A stretch of 12,175 bases of DNA. Source: Chlamydiota bacterium (GTDB lineage Bacteria; Auribacterota; Tritonobacteria; UBA1439). The translations under genes were made by a program, and so were the position numbers. The notes below the pieces were generated by a model. The model was not told the DNA's origin. It ran no database searches and saw nothing but the letters and a program-made list of their open reading frames with translations. Of the stretch, positions 7,941 through 12,175 are shown piece after piece. The first letter of the stretch is position 1. Every line of letters begins with the position of its first letter. The stretch is from NCBI GenBank assembly GCA_037133055.1, contig JBAXOY010000094.1:1-12175 (forward strand), read 5' to 3'.

Positions 7941-8828
7941 CTACCCCTTCACAATTTCCGTCCCGATCCCGGCGTCGGTGAATATCTCGAGCAGCGTCGA
8001 GTGCGGCAGCCTGCCGTCCACGATATGCGTCTTCGGCACCCCCGCATTCACGGAGGTCACCCCCGCCTGCACCTTCGGGAGCATCCCGCCCTTCAGCACG
8101 CCCGCCGCGGTCAGCGTGGCGATGTCGCCGATCCGGAGCGTCCCGATGAGCGACCCCTCATCCTCGGGGTTCCTGAGGATGCCGCGCACGTCGGTGAGGA
8201 GAATAAGCTTCTCCGCCTTCAGTGCCGCCGCCACCTCGCCCGCGGCGGTGTCGGCGTTGATGTTGTAGAGGTTCCCCTCGGCGTCCGTCCCGATCGGGGC
8301 GATCACGGGAATAATGTCCTTTTTCAGGAGCTCGCGGAGCGGCCCGGTCGCGACCGCCTCGACGTCGCCCACGAAGCCGATGTCCGCGCGCTCCTTTCGC
8401 CCGTCATTCTCGACCTCGAGGAAATGCCTCTTCGCCCGGAGGACGCCGTCCCTCCCGGCGAGCCCGCGCGCCCGGCCCCCGAGCTGCTCGAGCCGGGCGA
8501 CGATTCCCCGGTTCACCTCGAGGAGCACCTCCTCGACGACCTTCATCGTCTCCGCATCGGTCACCCGCAGTCCGGAGACGAACCGGGGCACGATCCCGCG
8601 CTCCTTGAGCCGCGTGCTGATCGCGTTGCCGCCCCCGTGGACGACGACCGGCCGGATGCCGACGCACTCCATGAAGACGACGTCCCGGAGTATTCCGTCC
8701 GGGTCCCCCGAGCTCATGGCGCTCCCGCCGTATTTAAGGACGACGACCTTCCTCCTGAACCGCTGGATATACGGAAGCGCCTCGACGAGCACGCCCGCCT
8801 TCTCGATCAGCGCCTTGATGTCGCCCAT
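7941..8828 (-). CDS. argB: Acetylglutamate kinase (arginine-sensitive type)
   Basis: VLKYGGSAM, VVVHGGG, GLRVTD, NINADTAAG, LTDVRG, GGMLPKV. The N-terminal EALPYI helix and C-terminal LLEIFTDAGIGT are typical of hexameric, Arg-inhibited N-acetylglutamate kinases. Confidence 0.97.
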   Translation of the reverse strand: MGDIKALIEKAGVLVEALPYIQRFRRKVVVLKYGGSAMSSGDPDGILRDVVFMECVGIRPVVVHGGGNAISTRLKERGIVPRFVSGLRVTDAETMKVVEEVLLEVNRGIVARLEQLGGRARGLAGRDGVLRAKRHFLEVENDGRKERADIGFVGDVEAVATGPLRELLKKDIIPVIAPIGTDAEGNLYNINADTAAGEVAAALKAEKLILLTDVRGILRNPEDEGSLIGTLRIGDIATLTAAGVLKGGMLPKVQAGVTSVNAGVPKTHIVDGRLPHSTLLEIFTDAGIGTEIVKG

Positions 8829-8844
8829 TCGTCCCGTCCCCCGT

Positions 8845-8890
8845 CTTACAGCGTATAGCTTACAGCTTATGGCTTATGGCTTACGTCTTA
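8845..8890. repeat. 7-bp tandem repeat array, copy 3 (argJ end / argJ-argB spacer)
   Basis: CTTACAG CGTATAG CTTACAG CTTATGG CTTATGG CTTACGT CTTA. It supplies the argJ TAA stop at 8881-8883. Confidence 0.9.
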
Positions 8891-10074
8891 TTCAAATCCA
8901 CGTACTCCGGCGTCAGGTCGCAGGTGAGGACTCGCTCGCGCGCCCCGCCCCGGGCAAGCGCGATCTCGATCCTGATATCCCCGCCCTTGAGCGTCTTCTT
9001 CAGCTCCGCCTCGTCCGCCGCCGCGGGCGCGCCCCCCGCGAACACGCGCTGCCCCTGGAGGAGCACCTCGACGCCGTCATGGGAGAACTCGACCCCCGCG
9101 GCCCCCAGGGCGGAGAGTATCCTCCCCCAGTTCGGGTCCTCGCCGTACATGGCGGTCTTGAAGAGGGGCGAGTTGGCGACGGCGAACCCGAGCCGCTTCG
9201 CCTCCTCCGCATCGCGCGCGCCGCGCACGAGGATCTCGATGAACTTCGACGCCCCCTCGCCGTCCCGCACGATCATCTCGGCGAGCTTCCCGGTGACCTC
9301 GTCGAGCGATTCGGCGAACCGGCGCGCCTCGTCGCTCTCCGTTCCCGCGATGACCGGGTTGCCGGCGAGGCCGTTCGCCAGCAGAAAGACGGAGTCGTTG
9401 GTGCTTCGATCCCCGTCCACCGTGATCCGGTTGAAGCTCTTCTCGACGCTCGCCCGGAGCATCGCGGCGAGGGGGGCCGGTTCGACCGCCGCATCGGTGG
9501 TGATGAAGGCGAGCATCGTCGCCATCATCGGGTGGATCATCCCCGCGCCCTTCGCCATCCCGCCGATGGTCGCCTCTTTCCCCCCGAGGGCGAGGCGGGC
9601 GACGGCCTCCTTGGGGCGCGTGTCGGTGGTGAGGATCGCGATCGCCGCGTCGCGCCCCCCCGCGCGGCTCAGGGCCGCGGCGAGCGCCGGGAGCGCGCCC
9701 GTGATCTTTTCGAGGGGCAGACGCTTCCCGATGCGCCCGGTGGAGGCCGCGAGCACCTCCGCCGGATCGAGTTTCAGCGCCCGGGCCGCCGCGGCGGCCA
9801 TCTCCTCCGCGTCGCGCATCCCGGCCTCGCCGGTCGCGGCGTTGGCGCAGCCGCTGTTCACGACGATCGCCCGCGCCCTGCCGGCGACGAGTCGCGCGCG
9901 GCTCAGCATCACCGGGGCGGCGCAGAACCGGTTGGTGGTGAAGGTCCCGGCGGCGGCGGCCGGGACATCCGAAACGACGAGCGCGAGGTCTTTCGCGCCC
10001 TCCTTGATGCCGCAACACGCGCCCGCCGCCCTGAAGCCGGAGGCGGCCGTCACACAGCCGGAGGCCTTTGTCAT
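8881..10074 (-). CDS. argJ: Ornithine acetyltransferase / glutamate N-acetyltransferase ArgJ
   Basis: VTAASGFRAAG, KDLALV, FTTNRFCAAPV, VNSGCANA, ASTGRIG, ILTTDT, KGAGMIHPMMATML (autocleavage A-T), VDGDRSTND, DGEGASK, DPNWGRI, TCDLTPEYVDLN. Start ATG 10074 (GGGAGA upstream; alternative 10083). The ORF-track extension to 11106 overlaps argC and is spurious. Confidence 0.96.
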   Translation of the reverse strand: MTKASGCVTAASGFRAAGACCGIKEGAKDLALVVSDVPAAAAGTFTTNRFCAAPVMLSRARLVAGRARAIVVNSGCANAATGEAGMRDAEEMAAAAARALKLDPAEVLAASTGRIGKRLPLEKITGALPALAAALSRAGGRDAAIAILTTDTRPKEAVARLALGGKEATIGGMAKGAGMIHPMMATMLAFITTDAAVEPAPLAAMLRASVEKSFNRITVDGDRSTNDSVFLLANGLAGNPVIAGTESDEARRFAESLDEVTGKLAEMIVRDGEGASKFIEILVRGARDAEEAKRLGFAVANSPLFKTAMYGEDPNWGRILSALGAAGVEFSHDGVEVLLQGQRVFAGGAPAAADEAELKKTLKGGDIRIEIALARGGARERVLTCDLTPEYVDLNKT

Positions 10075-10124
10075 GAGGTGCATGTCTCCCGTGGGAATGC
10101 GGCATGCGCGAGCGCCGGGGCCCC

Positions 10125-11147
10125 TCAGCGCAGGCCCTCGGTCTCGGGGAAGCCGCAGACGAGGTTCATGTTCTGCACCGCCTGCCCCGCGGCGCCCTTC
10201 ACGAGGTTGTCGATCGCGGAGATGACGATGATCCTGCCGGTGCGGTCGTCGACGACGACCGAGATATCGCAGCAGTTCAGCCCAAGGACGTTCTTCGTGT
10301 CCGCGAGTTTTCCGCTCTCCATCACCCTTACGAACGGCGCGCCTGAATACGCCTCCCGGTAGACACCGAGCACCTCCCCGGCGGAGACCGGGGCGAGGGG
10401 CTTCAGGTAGGCGGTGGTGAGGATGCCCCGGTTCATCGGGACCAGGTGCGGGGTGAAGAGGACGCGGATGGGCGTTCCCGCGGCCTTCCCGAGTTCGACC
10501 TCGATCTCGGGGGTGTGCGGGTGATTCCCGACCTTGTAGGCGCGGAAGCTCTCGTTGACCTCCCCGAAAATCATGGGCAGGGAGGCCTTTCTCCCCGCGC
10601 CCGTCACGCCCGACTTCGCGTCGATGATGATCCCGTCGGTGGCGACGAGCCCCGCCTTCAGGAGTGGGGCGAGCGCCAGGATCGAGCCGGTGGGATAGCA
10701 GCCTGGGTTCGCGATCAGTCCGGCCTTCCGTATCTCGTCGGCGTGCAGCTCCGGGAGGCCGTACACCGCCTCGCCCAGAAGCTCCTCCGCGGCGTGCTCG
10801 ATCCCGTACCATTCCTTGAACACGGCGACGTCGCGGAAGCGGAAGTCCGCGCTCAGGTCGATGACCTTCCTTCCCGCATCGCGGAAGGGGCGGGCGAACT
10901 TCATGGAGACGCCGTGGGGCAGAGAGAGGAAGACCACGTCGGCCTTGCGGCAGACATCCCCCACGTCGAGCGGCGTGCAGGGGAGGTCGACGCGCCCCGC
11001 AAAACGCGGTGACTCGTCGTGCATCGGGATATCCCGGTCGATCTTGGCGGTGAGCGACGTCACCTTCACGCGTGGATGCTTCAGGAGAATCTCGAGCAGC
11101 TCGCACCCCGTATACCCGGTCGCCCCGACAATCGCCGCACGCATCAT
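10125..11147 (-). CDS. argC: N-acetyl-gamma-glutamyl-phosphate reductase
   Basis: IVGATGYTG, VIDLSADFR, VYGLPE, IANPGCYPT (catalytic Cys), DAKSGVTGAG, FTPHLVPMNRGI, IDNLVKGAAGQAVQNMN. GAGGTG ribosome-binding site at 11153-11158. Start 11147 or 11144. Confidence 0.98.
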   Translation of the reverse strand: MMRAAIVGATGYTGCELLEILLKHPRVKVTSLTAKIDRDIPMHDESPRFAGRVDLPCTPLDVGDVCRKADVVFLSLPHGVSMKFARPFRDAGRKVIDLSADFRFRDVAVFKEWYGIEHAAEELLGEAVYGLPELHADEIRKAGLIANPGCYPTGSILALAPLLKAGLVATDGIIIDAKSGVTGAGRKASLPMIFGEVNESFRAYKVGNHPHTPEIEVELGKAAGTPIRVLFTPHLVPMNRGILTTAYLKPLAPVSAGEVLGVYREAYSGAPFVRVMESGKLADTKNVLGLNCCDISVVVDDRTGRIIVISAIDNLVKGAAGQAVQNMNLVCGFPETEGLR

Positions 11148-11168
11148 TGCATCACCTCGTTGACGAGC

Positions 11169-11196
11169 ATTATATAACCGCAGCCCCGGCTGTCAA
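11169..11196 (-). promoter_or_regulatory. Sigma70-type promoter of the arg-lys operon
   Basis: Minus strand TTGACA (11196-11191), 16-bp spacer, TATAAT (11174-11169). Both hexamers are perfect consensus in a GC-rich background, 21 bp upstream of the argC ATG. Confidence 0.85.
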
Positions 11197-11207
11197 TAAA
11201 ATCCATT

Positions 11208-11242
11208 GTTCAAGCGTTCAAACAGTTCAAGCGGTTCAAGCC
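11208..11242. repeat. 8-9-bp tandem repeat (GTTCAA core, 4 units)
   Basis: GTTCAAGC GTTCAAACA GTTCAAGCG GTTCAAGCC, immediately upstream of the argC -35. Confidence 0.85.
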
Positions 11243-11247
11243 GCGAG

Positions 11248-11324
11248 ACGTTATCTCCGTGTACTCCGTGATCTCCGTGGTGAGGCAGTACGTTACCTTC
11301 GTGTCCTTCGTGATGAAACGTTAT
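11248..11324. repeat. Two blocks of 9-bp tandem repeats delimited by three ACGTTA direct repeats
   Basis: ACGTTA-T-CTCCGTGTA CTCCGTGAT CTCCGTGGT-GAGGCAGT-ACGTTA-C-CTTCGTGTC CTTCGTGAT-GAA-ACGTTA-T. Confidence 0.85.
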
Positions 11325-11338
11325 TGTCCCCGGGCGGA

Positions 11339-11373
11339 GAAAGGGGCAGGAGCCGTCAACCCGGCCCTGCCCC
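11339..11373 (-). terminator. Probable intrinsic terminator of the upstream Pro/Thr-linker gene
   Basis: Minus strand GGGGCAGG-GCCG-ggttga-CGGC-t-CCTGCCCC followed by TTTCT: a 12-bp GC stem with a 1-nt bulge, 44 nt after the stop at 11418. The U-tract is short. Confidence 0.6.
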
Positions 11374-11417
11374 ATCGCTCTCTCCAAATCTTCGACTCGC
11401 CCGCGCCGTTGCTGTTT

Positions 11418-12175
11418 TTACCGCACCGTCACCACACTCTGCCACAGATATCCGGGGATGGCGTTCTGAATAGTCGGAGCAGCCCCACATGGCACGAGGC
11501 CAGTAATTATCGTGCTGTCTCCTTTCGCGCACGACCCAAGAGAATCGCTGGAATACAGCGTCCCCTCGTAAGGCGTCGCAAGCCCCGGAACATTCTTCGC
11601 CAGGGGCACAACCCCGGCCTTTAGATTCTTGGGATTCAGGATATCGAACGAGTAAATCTTTCCGCTGGGCCCGATCACCACGCTGTAGGCGTCGAAGCAG
11701 CTGCTGACAGGAGAGCAGTATGTCCTGATCGTGAACGGACCGCCCATCGAGGGGGTGGTAGTGCTCGTCAGGAGGATGAGGAGCGGCATCGGAGTAGGAG
11801 GGGCAGATGTAGGCGTACTGGTAGGTGTTCCGGTCGGCAACTGGGTGGGTGTGACTGTCGCTGTCCGGGTGGGAGTTCTGGTCGGAGTTAGGGTCGGAGT
11901 GGGCGTGATCGTGGGTGTATTCGTCGGTGTGGTTATTATCGTAGGTGTTTCAGTCGGTGTCTCCGTGGGTGTCTGAGTAGGCGCCGGAGACGTAGGCATA
12001 GGTGTCGACGTAGGAGACATCTCAGTCGGGGTCTCCGTCGGTGTTTGAGTGGGCGTTTCAGTCGGTGTCTCGGTCGGAGTATCAGTCGGCGTTTCGGTCG
12101 GTGTCTCAGCCGGTGTTTCAGTCGGAGTCGGCGTTATCGTGGGCGTCTCCGTGGGCGTCTGAGTAGGCGTTTCAG
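11418..12175 (-). CDS. Pro/Thr-rich linker protein with a ~120-aa C-terminal domain (5'-truncated; probably secreted or surface-associated)
   Basis: The frame stays open upstream of the ORF-track Met (12020) to the window edge: [35 protein letters not shown]... A globular, beta-strand-like C-terminus follows, ending [14 protein letters not shown]. Confidence 0.88.
   Translation of the reverse strand, partial: ETPTQTPTETPTITPTPTETPAETPTETPTDTPTETPTETPTQTPTETPTEMSPTSTPMPTSPAPTQTPTETPTETPTIITTPTNTPTITPTPTLTPTRTPTRTATVTPTQLPTGTPTSTPTSAPPTPMPLLILLTSTTTPSMGGPFTIRTYCSPVSSCFDAYSVVIGPSGKIYSFDILNPKNLKAGVVPLAKNVPGLATPYEGTLYSSDSLGSCAKGDSTIITGLVPCGAAPTIQNAIPGYLWQSVVTVR
11784..12175 (-). repeat. Coding 12-bp repeat encoding (T-P-T-E/X)n
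   Basis: Degenerate ACN-CCN-ACN-GAR units with varied synonymous codons. Confidence 0.85.

Noticed and set aside
2533..10362. Very long plus-strand ORFs (573, 491, 654, 682, 449 aa and others)
   Set aside because: They lie antisense to well-conserved genes, are Arg/Pro/Ala-rich with no recognisable motifs, and are expected from stop-codon scarcity in high-GC coding DNA.
10075..11106. Apparent 344-aa N-terminal extension of ArgJ (741-aa ORF), suggesting an ArgC-ArgJ fusion or frameshift
   Set aside because: It is an alternative frame over the intact argC, which has its own stop at 10125. ArgJ homology starts at about 10074, with its own ribosome-binding site.
11191..11208. Possible ARG box overlapping the -35 (TGGATTTTATTGA on the minus strand)
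   Set aside because: The half-site spacing is one base short of TGAAT-N4-ATTCA, both halves mismatch, and no second tandem box is present.
11208..11324. Possible CRISPR array
   Set aside because: Repeats are only 6-9 bp, there are no unique spacers of regular length, and no cas genes are in the window.
11193..11473. Small ORFs over the argC upstream region (64 aa minus, 133 aa plus) with HEGHE / LRVLRD / LEPLE periodicity
   Set aside because: The periodicity is just translation of the 9-bp DNA repeats. The ORFs cross the terminator and promoter and show no protein-family features.
11731..11976. 81-aa Val/Gly-rich plus-strand ORF
   Set aside because: Antisense reading of the Pro/Thr codon repeat.
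1..12175. Transposase, integrase, reverse transcriptase, tRNA or rRNA genes that could explain the repeats
   Set aside because: None is recognisable. All coding space is taken by the arg/dap genes and the PT-linker gene, so any responsible enzyme would have to be encoded elsewhere.

Overview
High-GC bacterial chromosomal window. Nearly all of it is one minus-strand arginine/lysine (diaminopimelate) biosynthesis operon, argC-argJ-argB-argD-argG-argH-lysA-dapF-dapA-dapB. dapB runs off the left edge and is missing from the ORF track. The operon is preceded by a perfect-consensus sigma70 promoter (TTGACA-16-TATAAT), and there is a probable internal extended -10 promoter before dapA. argF is not in the cluster. 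The right edge holds the 3' part of a gene for a Pro/Thr-linker protein with an unrecognised ~120-aa C-terminal domain, followed by a probable terminator. The unusual signal is in the intergenic spacers: (1) three co-oriented six-unit arrays of a 7-bp repeat (CTTAYRG; mRNA CUGUAAG-like) at the dapA, argG and argJ stop codons; (2) a 9-bp CTYYGTGNN family after lysA and upstream of argC, where its blocks are bounded by ACGTTA direct repeats; (3) a GTTCAA 9-bp family next to the argC promoter; (4) a REP-like GGGGTCAGACC motif at the argD-argG junction, where argF often lies. DapA has Cys in place of the catalytic-triad Tyr107. All calls come from reading motifs by eye; no searches were run.
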